The notes: generated by a model from the sequence alone, not told the origin. Counted from the stretch's first letter, positions 31,457 to 41,944 are shown. The stretch: 64,000 nucleotides of DNA from Verrucomicrobiota bacterium (GCA_027622665.1 JAQBYT010000006.1:1-64000), one strand, 5' to 3'. Translations and numbers: made by a program.

Positions 31457-31790
31457 GACCTGGGAATAATGGCCTCTCCTTTGGCCTCCTCGAGCAAAAT
31501 GAAGCCCAACGCTATCATCGCGAAGGCGATGATGGGCGGTATTGCGTTGACGACGATCAGGATGCAGAGGGCATTTATTTCTCGTCTTTCAGGAAGAAGC
31601 CGGCGAAGGCAGCCAAGGCATTTGCGTACATGCCGATTCGGATAGAGTAGGGAACTAGCATGACGTACTTGTCCGCAAGTTCCGTGTCGCCGAACTCGAA
31701 CAGGAATGCTACGATTGCTATCCCGTAGGCACCGAAAGAAAGCAAGAGCAGTCAACAGGAAGCCAGAGTTGCCCGCAGTTCTTACAGTTT
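31450..31790 (-). pseudogene. Degraded small membrane protein
   Basis: Hydrophobic segments split across frames (LLTALAFF / GAYGIAIVAFLF...ALAAFAGFFLKDEK* / LCILIVVNAIPPIIAFAMIALGF). Confidence 0.45.
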
Positions 31791-31873
31791 TGGGAAATTG
31801 CCCATGGTCTCGACATTTGTATACGCGTCCCGAACCTATCAATCATATTGTTCGGGAATTGCCTGAACGCAAA

Positions 31874-34618
31874 TTAGCAGAGAGCTTTGAGGGCGATTTG
31901 GTTCTCTCGGAGTTTGGCTTGATTTTCTGCGAGTTGTCGGCGGGCTCCCTCGATCACTTTGGGGGGAGCCTTGGCGGTGAAGCTTTCGTTGCTTAGGCGT
32001 GCCTCGGTAGAGGCGACGACTTTGCAGAGGTTGGCGATTTCCTTGTCGAGGCGGGCCCGTTCGGCGTCGAGGTCGATGCCGGATGCGAGGTCTAAAAAAA
32101 CGGTTCCGAGCGGAGTAACGACGGAGGGCTGCCCGGTGGGTGCCTTGACGGTACGCTCGAAGGATGCTGCGCCTACGAAAAGGAGTAGCTTTTCCTTATG
32201 CCTTTCCAGAGTGTCGGACTTTGCGTCGTCGGCAAGGTAATGGAGGGCGACTTCCCTGTTGGTGGCTAGACCACGTTCGGCCTTGAGGGCCCGGAGAGCA
32301 GTTACGACTTCGCGGAGGGCCGCAATTTCCGCACCTGCTTCTTCATCTAGGGTGATGCCTCGCGTGGAAAGGGCTTCGCGGATTGCGGCACCTTCTCCCG
32401 GGTCGACGTACTGTATGGAGGAACTGTGTAGGGAGTAGCCTAGGCGCTGCCAAAGTTCCTCGGTGATGAAAGGTGTGGCGGGATGGAGAAGCAGCAGGGT
32501 CTGGCGTAGGCAGAGATCTTGCACGGCGAGGCAGGTCTCGCGTAGGGAATCGTCGCGTAGCTTGGCTTTGGAGACTTCGACGTACCAATCGCAGAAGTCG
32601 TGCCAGAAGAACCGATAAATGCCGTGCAGGACTGCGTTGAACTCGTAGGCTTGGTGCTCCCGTTCAACTTGGTCGAGTGTTTCGACGAGTCGGGCGAGGA
32701 TGGCGTGGTCTTCGGCATCCAACTTGTCTGGTTCGAGTCGGGCGAGAATGGCGTCGATAGACGAGTTCTCACGGGCTTCGCCGGACATCCTGCGAAATCG
32801 TGAGACGTTCCAGAGTTTGTTGCAGAAATTGCGGCCTTGCTCGATGCTTTCCTCGGAGAAGCGTATGTCTTGTCCCTTTGGAGCGATGCTCATTATGCCG
32901 TGGCGGAGACCATCGGCCCCGAATTTGGCGATGAGATCGAGGGGGTCGGGGGAGTTGCCCAAGGATTTTGACATCTTGCGACCACGGGAGTCTCGAATGA
33001 TGCCCGTGAAATAGACGTCGCGAAAGGGAATGCGCCGCTTGATCTCCTCGTCGGATAGAATTTCTTCCTTGTCCGTAGGTTCGCCCATGAACTCGAGGCC
33101 CGCCATGATCATGCGGGCGACCCAGAAGAAGATGATGTCGGGCCCCGTGACGAGGGCTGAGGTGGGGTAGAAGGAGGCTAAGTCCTGCTCTGCCATTGCT
33201 TTCTCATCGGGCCACCCCATGGTGGCGAATGGCCAAAGCCAGGAGGAGGCCCAAGTGTCGAGAACGTCTTCGTCCTGTTCCCAGTTTTCCGGATCCTCGG
33301 GACCGTTTAGAGAGACGTGCCAGTTGGCGGGATCGGATCGATCTTCGCCCATCTTGTACCATACGGGAATGCGATGCCCCCACCAGAGTTGGCGAGATAT
33401 GCACCAGTCCTTGATGTTGTCCAGCCAGTGCAGGTAGGTCTTTTCCCAGCGTTCGGGGAAATAGCGTATGAAACCTTCCTTAACGGCCCTTTTGGCTTCC
33501 TCGACGCGAGGATATTTCAGAAACCATTGCTCGGATAGGCGCGGTTCAATGGGAACGTCGGCTCGTTCGGAAAAGCCCACGTTGTTCGAGTGAGCCTCCT
33601 CGTCAACGAGACTGCCGTTTTCTTTCAACCTCTCGACGGTGGCTTTTCGCGCGGCAAAGCGATCCATGCCCGCGAAGTCGGGACCTGCGTGTTCGTTTAA
33701 GGTTCCGTCGGGATTGAGAATCTCGATAATCGGCAGGTCATGCCGTTGGCCAATTTCAAAGTCCAGTTGATCATGGGCGGGTGTGATCTTGAGCATACCG
33801 GTGCCGAAGTCCTTTTCCACGGCTTCGTCGGCGATGATGGGTATGGGAGTTTCTTGCAGGGGGCGAATGACGTGCTTGCCCTTGAGCCTCGGCCAACGTT
33901 CATCATCCGGGTGTATGGCTACGGCGACGTCGCCCATGATGGTTTCGGGGCGAGTGGTGGATACGTCGAGGTAGACGCCCGGCGTTTCCATAATTTGATA
34001 GCGAACCTTGTAGAGGATGCTATCCTGCGGTTTCATGACGACCTCCTCGTCGGAAAGGGCGGTGAGGCTGGCCGGACACCAGTTCACCATACGTTTGCCC
34101 CGATACACGTAACCCCTCTCGAACAATTTAACGAAACCGCTAAGCACAGCCTGAGAATAGTCCTCGTCCAAGGTGTGAGTGTTTCTTTCCCAGTCGCACG
34201 AACATCCTAGTTTACGAAGTTGCCTGAGGATGATTCCGCCATGCTTGTCGCGCCATTCGACGGCTCGATCGATAAATTTCTCACGCCCTAGGTCTCGACG
34301 GCTCGACCCTTCATCCCTTAGAGCCTTTTCCACCTTCGTTTGGGTGGCGATACCCGCGTGGTCGGTGCCCGGTAACCACATTACGGCGGCTCCCTTTTGG
34401 CGTGCTCTTCGGGAAAGAATGTCCTGAATGGTATTGTTCAGTACATGGCCCATGGTCAAAACTCCCGTTACGTTCGGTGGGGGAATGACGATGGAATAGG
34501 TCGGTTGTCCTGCCGAGGGTTTACCCGCAAAACAACCGTCTTCCTCCCAACGGGAATACCAGCGGTCTTCGACTTCGCTTGGGGCGTATGCTTTAGGGAT
34601 TTCGAGTTCGTTGCTCAT
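31874..34618 (-). CDS. valS: Valine--tRNA ligase
   Basis: PPPNVTG..TMGH, DHAGIATQ, DWCISRQLWWGH, KMSKS, C-terminal coiled coil. Confidence 0.98.
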   Translation of the reverse strand: MSNELEIPKAYAPSEVEDRWYSRWEEDGCFAGKPSAGQPTYSIVIPPPNVTGVLTMGHVLNNTIQDILSRRARQKGAAVMWLPGTDHAGIATQTKVEKALRDEGSSRRDLGREKFIDRAVEWRDKHGGIILRQLRKLGCSCDWERNTHTLDEDYSQAVLSGFVKLFERGYVYRGKRMVNWCPASLTALSDEEVVMKPQDSILYKVRYQIMETPGVYLDVSTTRPETIMGDVAVAIHPDDERWPRLKGKHVIRPLQETPIPIIADEAVEKDFGTGMLKITPAHDQLDFEIGQRHDLPIIEILNPDGTLNEHAGPDFAGMDRFAARKATVERLKENGSLVDEEAHSNNVGFSERADVPIEPRLSEQWFLKYPRVEEAKRAVKEGFIRYFPERWEKTYLHWLDNIKDWCISRQLWWGHRIPVWYKMGEDRSDPANWHVSLNGPEDPENWEQDEDVLDTWASSWLWPFATMGWPDEKAMAEQDLASFYPTSALVTGPDIIFFWVARMIMAGLEFMGEPTDKEEILSDEEIKRRIPFRDVYFTGIIRDSRGRKMSKSLGNSPDPLDLIAKFGADGLRHGIMSIAPKGQDIRFSEESIEQGRNFCNKLWNVSRFRRMSGEARENSSIDAILARLEPDKLDAEDHAILARLVETLDQVEREHQAYEFNAVLHGIYRFFWHDFCDWYVEVSKAKLRDDSLRETCLAVQDLCLRQTLLLLHPATPFITEELWQRLGYSLHSSSIQYVDPGEGAAIREALSTRGITLDEEAGAEIAALREVVTALRALKAERGLATNREVALHYLADDAKSDTLERHKEKLLLFVGAASFERTVKAPTGQPSVVTPLGTVFLDLASGIDLDAERARLDKEIANLCKVVASTEARLSNESFTAKAPPKVIEGARRQLAENQAKLRENQIALKALC

Positions 34619-34643
34619 GCTTTTTCGGTAAAACCGTTTTAGG

Positions 34644-35384
34644 TTAGCGAATTCGTCGAGCTTGGCGAGAAAAAGCGCGTGTGCGACCTGCTTGAAAAAA
34701 CTTCACCTGCTTTTTTTTGAAAAAAGGAGTCAGTAAGATTCCGGCGGCAAATCCTCCCAAGTGAGCCGCTACCGCTACGCCACCTCCCTCGCTCATTGAG
34801 GTAGGGAAGGCGAGGATTTGCTCGATTATCCAAATCCCCAGTACCAAATAGGCTGGAACTAGTACCGTGCCGATGAAGATGATGAACCAGTAAAAGACTC
34901 GAACGTTCGCTCGCGGGTAGAGCAAAAGATAGCCGGCGATAACTCCGGAGATCGCTCCCGAAGCACCGACCATGGGTACGTTCGACGAGGGATCGACCAG
35001 CCCTTGGGAGACCGCTGCGAGCAGACCACAGGTAAGGTAAAAGAGGGAAAAGCGAACCTTCCCCATGGCGTCTTCCACATTGTCGCCGTAGAGGTAGAGA
35101 AACAACATGTTTCCCAAAATGTGGGCGATGCCTCCATGACTAAACATTGAGGTGAAAACGGTTGCCCATTCCCATAATACATCTCCGGACTCCTCGAAGC
35201 TAAGTTGCCCGAAGAAAGTTACCGGAAGGAAGGCGAAATTAGAGAAATAGGTAGCCTGCTCGGATGGAGGCAAGGAAAACTGCCATGCGAAGAATACCCA
35301 TAAATTGGCGGCGATTATTACCCAAGTCAAGTAGGGGAAACTCTTTGCTTGATTATCGTCTTTGTAGGGGAAAATTACAAACAT
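34644..35384 (-). CDS. Rhomboid intramembrane serine protease
   Basis: HILGNM, VGASGAISG, AHLGG. Confidence 0.93.
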   Translation of the reverse strand: MFVIFPYKDDNQAKSFPYLTWVIIAANLWVFFAWQFSLPPSEQATYFSNFAFLPVTFFGQLSFEESGDVLWEWATVFTSMFSHGGIAHILGNMLFLYLYGDNVEDAMGKVRFSLFYLTCGLLAAVSQGLVDPSSNVPMVGASGAISGVIAGYLLLYPRANVRVFYWFIIFIGTVLVPAYLVLGIWIIEQILAFPTSMSEGGGVAVAAHLGGFAAGILLTPFFKKKQVKFFQAGRTRAFSRQARRIR

Positions 35385-35493
35385 GGCTGACCGTTGTCCT
35401 AACGATATAGACTGAGAGGTAAAGCCCAACGACACTTGAACCCTCGTTTTTTTGCTTGTTGCTCGCTCTCGATTATTTATTGCTGGAAGGCAA

Positions 35494-35730
35494 ATGGATG
35501 ATTCGTTCGATAGATTGGCGGTCTTTCAAACCGATGAAGGCATAACTTTGGCTTTTGGCGAGCGAACCTATTTCATCGGCGTCGACGAACCCTTTTACAA
35601 CATAGCCCAAAAAGCCTTGGCCCAAGAGGATTACGTACCCTTTTACGTGGAGATGGCCAAGCGGGAGGGATTGGGCGAAGAGCTTCGCGACGCGTTGCTC
35701 CGGGAAGTGACGCGTCTTGAGCGAGAATGA
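35494..35730 (+). CDS. Small acidic hypothetical protein
   Basis: 78-aa ORF filling the intergenic gap, protein-like composition. Confidence 0.65.
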   Translation: MDDSFDRLAVFQTDEGITLAFGERTYFIGVDEPFYNIAQKALAQEDYVPFYVEMAKREGLGEELRDALLREVTRLERE

Positions 35731-35733
35731 GAA

Positions 35734-36951
35734 TTAGCCTTCTCCCATTGCCGCTTGGTTTAGGGCGATCAAGGCCAAGGCTGAGCATAGGATCGGGTCG
35801 TCTTCCTTCATGAGGCGACCTTGAGGGTTGAGGAATGAACCGTCTTCGTTTTGCCTCTCTGCGAGGAATGTCCGTAGGTTCTTGCGCCAGTCCTCGGCTA
35901 TGGCGAGTTGGTAGAATACCTGAGCTCTTGCGGCGCAGTGATAGTAAATCATGGATTCTGCCCATGGTTCGGAATGCTCGGCAGGGATGCCCGAGGGCAG
36001 ATCCCAACCTGAATGCCGTTCTAGCCAACGAACAGCGTCAAGTACACGATCGTCGGTTTGGGGAATGCCAGTCGCGAGTAAAGCGAGGATGCCGTCGCAA
36101 GTCGCCGTGGCGTAACTGCGGTAGTAAGGTCTCCCGGTAAGAGGATTCTTGGCGATGCGTCCCTTGTTGGCGTAGCTCACGTTCGGAGAAGAGAAAAAGC
36201 CGCCGTCGTAGGGTGGGGGAATGAATCCGGAAGTCATGAGACTCTTTGTGGGTATTAGTGGTGAACGGATTTCCTTGGGACTCTTTTGAACTAGAGAAAG
36301 AAAGCACAGGGCTCGTGACTTAATTTCTGCATCGACCTTGTTAGCTTCGTCCAAAGCCGCCAGAACGCGCCGGGTGTGGGAGAGGTCAACGAAACTGGAG
36401 AGAGTGGGGCGCTGGTTGATCCCGAAGCCCCAACCGCCGTAGGCAGGAGAATCGGGACTGAATCCCGCCGCCTCTGCAAATTGTTGAAGCACGAGGTAGC
36501 GAGCCAAAGCATCGATGCGTGTTTTGTCGTCTTCTTGACCGTATCGGAGAAAGCAACGCAGGGCGTAGGAGGTGGCATAGTTCGGGTAATCGAGGATATG
36601 GGGATCGGCCCGACCGTGAATGCTGTTCTTATTCCCCATCCGCCTGAGAAAGTTCATTGACTTTTCGACAGCGCCCTCGGGTGGGGGCGCCATGTCGTTC
36701 CGAACTTCGGATAGGACGAAAAGGATGAATGGCGTGAGTGATTGCCCCGACTTCAATAGACCGTAGGTTTCGCTTCGCCAACTGCCGTCCGGTGACTGTT
36801 TGCTCCATAAGTAATCGGTTACCCTGATCAGCGACTCCTTCACCTTCGGTGGTGGAGAGGCGTCCCGCTCGGCGAAACTTGCGAACGGGACGCACAATCC
36901 TCCCAACACTCCAAGAGACCATTTCAAAAAGAAGATTTTAGATGGTTTCAT
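35734..36951 (-). CDS. Prenyltransferase/squalene oxidase repeat protein (secreted)
   Basis: YLWSKQSPDGSW, YGGWGFG, YDGGFFSS, RQNEDGSF QW-like repeats. Confidence 0.82.
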   Translation of the reverse strand: MKPSKIFFLKWSLGVLGGLCVPFASFAERDASPPPKVKESLIRVTDYLWSKQSPDGSWRSETYGLLKSGQSLTPFILFVLSEVRNDMAPPPEGAVEKSMNFLRRMGNKNSIHGRADPHILDYPNYATSYALRCFLRYGQEDDKTRIDALARYLVLQQFAEAAGFSPDSPAYGGWGFGINQRPTLSSFVDLSHTRRVLAALDEANKVDAEIKSRALCFLSLVQKSPKEIRSPLIPTKSLMTSGFIPPPYDGGFFSSPNVSYANKGRIAKNPLTGRPYYRSYATATCDGILALLATGIPQTDDRVLDAVRWLERHSGWDLPSGIPAEHSEPWAESMIYYHCAARAQVFYQLAIAEDWRKNLRTFLAERQNEDGSFLNPQGRLMKEDDPILCSALALIALNQAAMGEG

Positions 36952-36979
36952 GGATTTCTGTTTGGTCGAAGGTAAGTTT

Positions 36980-38437
36980 TTATTTGGCAGCTACTTTTCC
37001 GTTCCCGCCCTCTTCCTGTTTTCCGGAGGAGGCCAGAGCGGCGTTGCGGAGCATTTTGGTGTCGCGATAGGTGTTCAGGCACTGGATCACCGCAGCAGTA
37101 CAAAAAACCGGGCTAGTGATGCAGTGATGCCCGCTCCAGCTGCCGTTCGGGTTCTGGATCTTGTTCAATCGATGGTGCATCTTTTCGTCCCATTTTTCCC
37201 ATGCTTCTCCTCCTGTGATGACGAGCGATTCGCTCGTCATGAGATAGCTGAGGTATTCCTCTCCGCCGTTGTTGCCGAAGCCGGTAAGTAGTGCCTCGTC
37301 GTTCTGTACTCGAGCTTGTTGGCGTTCGTTTTGGGATACGGATTGGGCCAGTTTGTCAGCCTTTTCCTGAGCTACGCCGATTTTACGCAGGTTGTCCGCA
37401 TTCACTTGGGCGTTCTTTTCAAGTTTGCCCTCTTTCTTTGCAGTATCAATCAAGTCGTGGGCTTCCCAAGTCTCGGCGGCCGTAGCTCGCTGGGCGCTCG
37501 CGAATGCATACAATTCGACTCCTGCGGCAGTATCGGCTTTTGCTTTGCCCGAGGAGGGGTCGATGTTTCCTTTCTGGTTGTCGCGTGCTCGGTCGAGGGC
37601 TTTTTGATCCACTTGTTTTCCTGCAACTTGGGCAAGTTCAAGGGCTTGTCCCGCGAGAGAGGATTGCAGAACAGGAGCCCAACCGCCTCCGCCACTCCAG
37701 CTTCCATCTTTTTGCTGGGAACCTTGGATTTTTGCTATGCATTTGTCGATTGCCTTGTCGACTCGTTTGCGGAGTTTGTCCTTCTTCGGGAATTCGTTCA
37801 GCACGCGTGCGAGGTAGCGAGCAGTGAGTGAGGTGTCGACGTAAGCTCCCATCTTTGCCTGAGGTTGCGTGCCTGTTAGGTTTGTGATGCGTGGACCTTC
37901 CTTGGGTGCTTTCTCTACGACTTTAACGAGGGCTTCGGTTGCCCGACGAACGACATCCTTATACTTGCCCTTTTTCGGTGTGTGTCCCGAGCGTACGAAT
38001 GCCATAGCGGCGAACGAGGTGGTTGCGGGATCGCCCTTCACTGCATGTGGGTCGCGGACTTGCTGGCTGGAACTAACGCCTGCACCCCATGACCCGTCTT
38101 CGTGCTGGGCTTGAGCGAGCCAGTCGAGGGACTTTTCGACGAATTTCGGAGTGGTTTCCAGTTTGTACTTGTAGTCGCTTTCGATTTTGTCGAGTGCATG
38201 GGAAGCATTTTGTTGATCGTTGCTTACTCCGCGAATGCGGGCACCGAAAGAAGAGCTTTCCTGCAAAAGTTCGACCCGCTCGGATTTGCGGTCAAGTTTC
38301 TTCTTCGTTCTATTCGTCTCGATCTGCGGTTTTTCTTCTTTTGCTGTTTGCAACAGTGAAGCGGGTGAACTTTTGGCCGCTACGAGATGTAAGGCGACCA
38401 TAGTTGCCAAGCCAATTATTATTGTAGGTTTCTTCAT
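36980..38437 (-). CDS. Prenyltransferase/squalene oxidase repeat protein (secreted)
   Basis: WLAQAQHEDGSW, QQKDGSW, KIQNPNGSWSGHHCIT; start MKKPT at 38437. Confidence 0.82.
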   Translation of the reverse strand: MKKPTIIIGLATMVALHLVAAKSSPASLLQTAKEEKPQIETNRTKKKLDRKSERVELLQESSSFGARIRGVSNDQQNASHALDKIESDYKYKLETTPKFVEKSLDWLAQAQHEDGSWGAGVSSSQQVRDPHAVKGDPATTSFAAMAFVRSGHTPKKGKYKDVVRRATEALVKVVEKAPKEGPRITNLTGTQPQAKMGAYVDTSLTARYLARVLNEFPKKDKLRKRVDKAIDKCIAKIQGSQQKDGSWSGGGGWAPVLQSSLAGQALELAQVAGKQVDQKALDRARDNQKGNIDPSSGKAKADTAAGVELYAFASAQRATAAETWEAHDLIDTAKKEGKLEKNAQVNADNLRKIGVAQEKADKLAQSVSQNERQQARVQNDEALLTGFGNNGGEEYLSYLMTSESLVITGGEAWEKWDEKMHHRLNKIQNPNGSWSGHHCITSPVFCTAAVIQCLNTYRDTKMLRNAALASSGKQEEGGNGKVAAK

Positions 38438-39050
38438 CGTGGATATCTCCTTGGTTTTGGGTTCTGAATACGAGTTTATGTAATTAGGATGCGTCAGTCG
38501 GCGCATTCTTAGAAACCAGTATGCCGGAACTTTTGGAGAAAGTTGTTCGAGAGGCGTAAAACGAAGGTCAAAAAAACGTCATGAAAGCTGTCCTTCCATC
38601 TTGGCCTTCCTTGGATGTACCACGAAGGTTTTTGGGATGGGGGATTCTATCTCAATAGTTTGAATCCAAAGTGAACCATTCCCATTTTAGCTTGTCGAAA
38701 AAGTATATGGATTTGTCGACTCCTTTCCTCCTCGGAGTCATCCTTATTTGTGATGCCAAAGCCAACCGGACGCTTCTGATTTATCCGATGTTGGAGTTTA
38801 AATAACTTTTTTGGCACCGGCAGTTGTAGTTGGGAGTGATTGATCCTTGGCCGAATGAAAAAGAGATTCGTTGCAATGCCCATGACACTTTGCGTAGGCT
38901 CGAGTTTAGATTGCGAGAAGGTGCTGTCGTACTTTGCTTCTCGGACAGGAAGGTATTCGAGTTGTCAAGCCATCCATCGGGCAGGGAACATTCGGCAAAG
39001 ACTGAAATTTTACCAGTGCCGCGATAGTAAGTAATCGACTGAGATTCTGG

Positions 39051-40451
39051 TTATCTTCGACTGACTCCGGAGGCGATTGCAGCTTTCTTTACGGCTCGGG
39101 CCACGTTGCGTGCGACTGAACGGTCGAACACGCTAGGTATGATGTAGTCGGCGCCGAGGTCTTCCGGATCGATGCTGTTGGCGATGGCGTGGGCGGCTGC
39201 GAGTTTCATTGCTTCGTTTATTCTTGTGGCCCGAGCATCAAGGGCTCCACGAAACAGACCGGGGAAACATAGAACGTTGTTGATCTGATTTGGATAATCA
39301 GACCGGCCTGTAGCCATGACGGCAACGTGGGGCAAGGCCTCTTCCGGTTTGATTTCCGGAGTGGGGTTGCTCATAGCAAAGACAATTGCATTATCGGCCA
39401 TTCGGCTCACGTCGTCGGCATCGATGACATCTGGGCCAGAAAGCCCCACGAAGAGGTCGGCATCTTCAATTAGTTGCTGAATCGATCCTTTTAGCTTATC
39501 TGGATTTGTTGCTTCGGCATAGGCCTGCTTGGATTCATTCATGTCCTCACGGCCGACATACAGGGCGCCTTTCCGGTCGAATCCTATGATGTTTTGAACT
39601 CCCAAATCCTGTATCATTTTAGTACATGCGGTACCTGCGGCACCGACGCCGGCAACTATGACCTTGAGATCCTTTGCTTTTTTGTTTACGTACTTTAGAG
39701 CATTGATGAGAGCCGCCGTCATGACTACTGCCGTGCCATGTTGGTCATCGTGAAAAACGGGAATGTCGAGCTCTTCCTGCAGGCGTTTCTCAATCTCAAA
39801 GCAACGGGGAGCGGAGATGTCTTCCAAGTTCACTCCGCCAAATGTAGGTGCCACTGCCTTGACGAACTGGATGATTTCATCGGTATCTTTTGTATTGATA
39901 CACAGAGGGAAGGCATCAACTCCTCCGAATTCCTTAAAAAGCATGGCTTTACCTTCCATGACAGGCATGGCGGCCTCCGGGCCGATGTCGCCAAGTCCCA
40001 ATACTGCCGTTCCGTCTGATACGATCGCTACGGTGTTTTTCTTGATGGTCAGCTTGTGGGCAAGATCAACATTTTCGTGAATGGCCATGCACACGCGCGC
40101 CACACCGGGGGTGTAAACCATGCTGAGTTCGTCACGGGTTTTTACAGACGACTTGCAGCCGGTTTCCAATTTGCCACCAAGATGAAGTAGAAACGTACGA
40201 TCGGAAACATGGATGATTTCAACCCCTTCAATGCTGTTGATGGCTTGCTGAATGGCTTCAGCTTGTTCGGGGCCACTGGTATCAATCGTGATATCCCGAA
40301 TGATGCGACCTTTATTAACTCGAACTATATCAATGGCTCCAGTGTTACCCCCCAGGTTTCCGACCTCCGTCATGACTTTGGCCAAGAGCCCCGGAGAATG
40401 ATCGAGCTGCATGCGAATGGTAATTGAATTTGAAGCTGAAGTATGACTCAT
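39051..40451 (-). CDS. NAD(P)-dependent malic enzyme with N-terminal ACT domain
   Basis: YTPGVA, DGTAVLGLGDIG, NLEDI, FHDDQHGT, NQINN. Confidence 0.95.
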   Translation of the reverse strand: MSHTSASNSITIRMQLDHSPGLLAKVMTEVGNLGGNTGAIDIVRVNKGRIIRDITIDTSGPEQAEAIQQAINSIEGVEIIHVSDRTFLLHLGGKLETGCKSSVKTRDELSMVYTPGVARVCMAIHENVDLAHKLTIKKNTVAIVSDGTAVLGLGDIGPEAAMPVMEGKAMLFKEFGGVDAFPLCINTKDTDEIIQFVKAVAPTFGGVNLEDISAPRCFEIEKRLQEELDIPVFHDDQHGTAVVMTAALINALKYVNKKAKDLKVIVAGVGAAGTACTKMIQDLGVQNIIGFDRKGALYVGREDMNESKQAYAEATNPDKLKGSIQQLIEDADLFVGLSGPDVIDADDVSRMADNAIVFAMSNPTPEIKPEEALPHVAVMATGRSDYPNQINNVLCFPGLFRGALDARATRINEAMKLAAAHAIANSIDPEDLGADYIIPSVFDRSVARNVARAVKKAAIASGVSRR

Positions 40452-40779
40452 GTGTGTTGCTAATGCTTTAAAGGTTTGCTGTTCCGTTGCAGGGGATTAC
40501 TTGCCATATCAACGAGCCAGTGCTCTTCCTGCCGGTCTGGGGCTTGACTCATTTTTTACTGGTTTGCTATAGATGTGGCTAAATTAAATACCTGTGCTCA
40601 TGTGACCATCCATTGGGTCTAGGGCTTAATGTGAAAAACTGAATAAGTTCATACCATCACTCACCTTCGCCCACTTTAAGAAACCTGCGAGTGCTCGAAA
40701 TCTCCGCTCCTTGTCAGACTGTTAAGCTTCGGTTGGCGTAGGGGAGGGCACTTCTTCGGCATCACTGCAGAACTTGTCG

Positions 40780-40974
40780 AACGATTAATCATAGCTTAAA
40801 GAAAAAATGGGTTTTCTTGACGGTTCTCGCTATGAGCGATTCTGCAACCAACGGTTGCCCACCATCTGTTATGGCCTCGTTTACTTTGTCCGCCAATATG
40901 GTGCCGGATGTCTCCATGCCGCTGTCGCCCATGAGCCCTCGAGTGGCACCCTCTGCGATTACCTTGTATGGCAT
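40780..40974 (-). pseudogene. Degraded DUF1737-like small protein
   Basis: MPYKVI...LADKVNEAITDGGQPL, then a frameshift to ...PFFL*AMI (TAA where a QAM ending is expected). Confidence 0.45.
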
Positions 40975-41003
40975 GATGGTGTACCTTTGTTGAATCTTGT
41001 GAT

Positions 41004-41402
41004 TTAAATTTTTGGATCTGAAGGGCTGAGTATGGGGGTGCCTTTCAACTCTATGGGAGTGAGTTTTGTTCCTTTGCCTAGAGGGCGCGCCTTGATTCCG
41101 GTCACCCTCAAACCCTTCCCCTCGGGTTGCAATTCGAAACGCAGTCTGAATGGCTTTTCGGTGGGACCTTCGAAGCTCACCCAAATAGCGTTCTTCCCTA
41201 GGATGTGCTCTTCCTTCCACGTCCCTTGCAGCGTATCGGGGAAGTATCCTGTAATCCGTGCTTTTTTATCCAAGTCCATGTTGATCACGATTTCTTTGCC
41301 GTTCACATTGCCCGAGTAGCTCCCATCGAAATCGCTTCCACAGGACAACAGTAGGACAGTTGCTGCCGGAATGAGGATTTGAGTAAGGGCCCGAAAATTC
41401 AT
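41004..41402 (-). CDS. Hypothetical lipoprotein
   Basis: VLLLSC lipobox; start probably MNFRA at 41402. Confidence 0.75.
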   Translation of the reverse strand: MNFRALTQILIPAATVLLLSCGSDFDGSYSGNVNGKEIVINMDLDKKARITGYFPDTLQGTWKEEHILGKNAIWVSFEGPTEKPFRLRFELQPEGKGLRVTGIKARPLGKGTKLTPIELKGTPILSPSDPKI

Positions 41403-41480
41403 GAATTCAGAAGATAGCATGCTTCTTGCCCATTAGGCTATTACCAATTAACCAAAATCTTGGAATGGTAAGGAAGCGTT

Positions 41481-41915
41481 CTAGACGTCGATTACGTCGT
41501 CGTCGTGATGGGGGCGATTCTCGGTGCTTCCGGATTGGGCTCTGAAGTCCATTTTGGCTTTTGCCGCGAATCGTTCTCGTAGGCGATTGCGAACGTATCT
41601 TCTTATACCCGGCATCATTAGGGCGAAGCCGGCAATGTCGGTGAGGAGTCCGGGCGTGAGCAGTACGAGGCCCCCTATTAGGACGAGGACTCCCTCGATG
41701 AGTTCTCCCGCCGGGACTCGTCCGGCTTGGATTTCCCTTTGCATCCTCGACAAAATGGAGTGCCCTTGGCTTCTGGCGAGATGGGCACCCCAAAAACCCG
41801 TGAGAATGACAAGACCGATGGTCGGAATTGGTCCAACGATCCTTCCCATGCTTACGAGCAAGTAAAGCTCGATGAGCGGAACGGTGATGAAGAGGATGAG
41901 TAGGCGAGCGAACAC
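41481..41915 (-). CDS. fxsA: FxsA family membrane protein
   Basis: VPLIELYLL, GLVLLTPGLLTDIAG. Confidence 0.92.
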   Translation of the reverse strand: MFARLLILFITVPLIELYLLVSMGRIVGPIPTIGLVILTGFWGAHLARSQGHSILSRMQREIQAGRVPAGELIEGVLVLIGGLVLLTPGLLTDIAGFALMMPGIRRYVRNRLRERFAAKAKMDFRAQSGSTENRPHHDDDVIDV

Positions 41916-41944
41916 GTGGTCGGGTTTTGGGTGGTAACGGAAAG

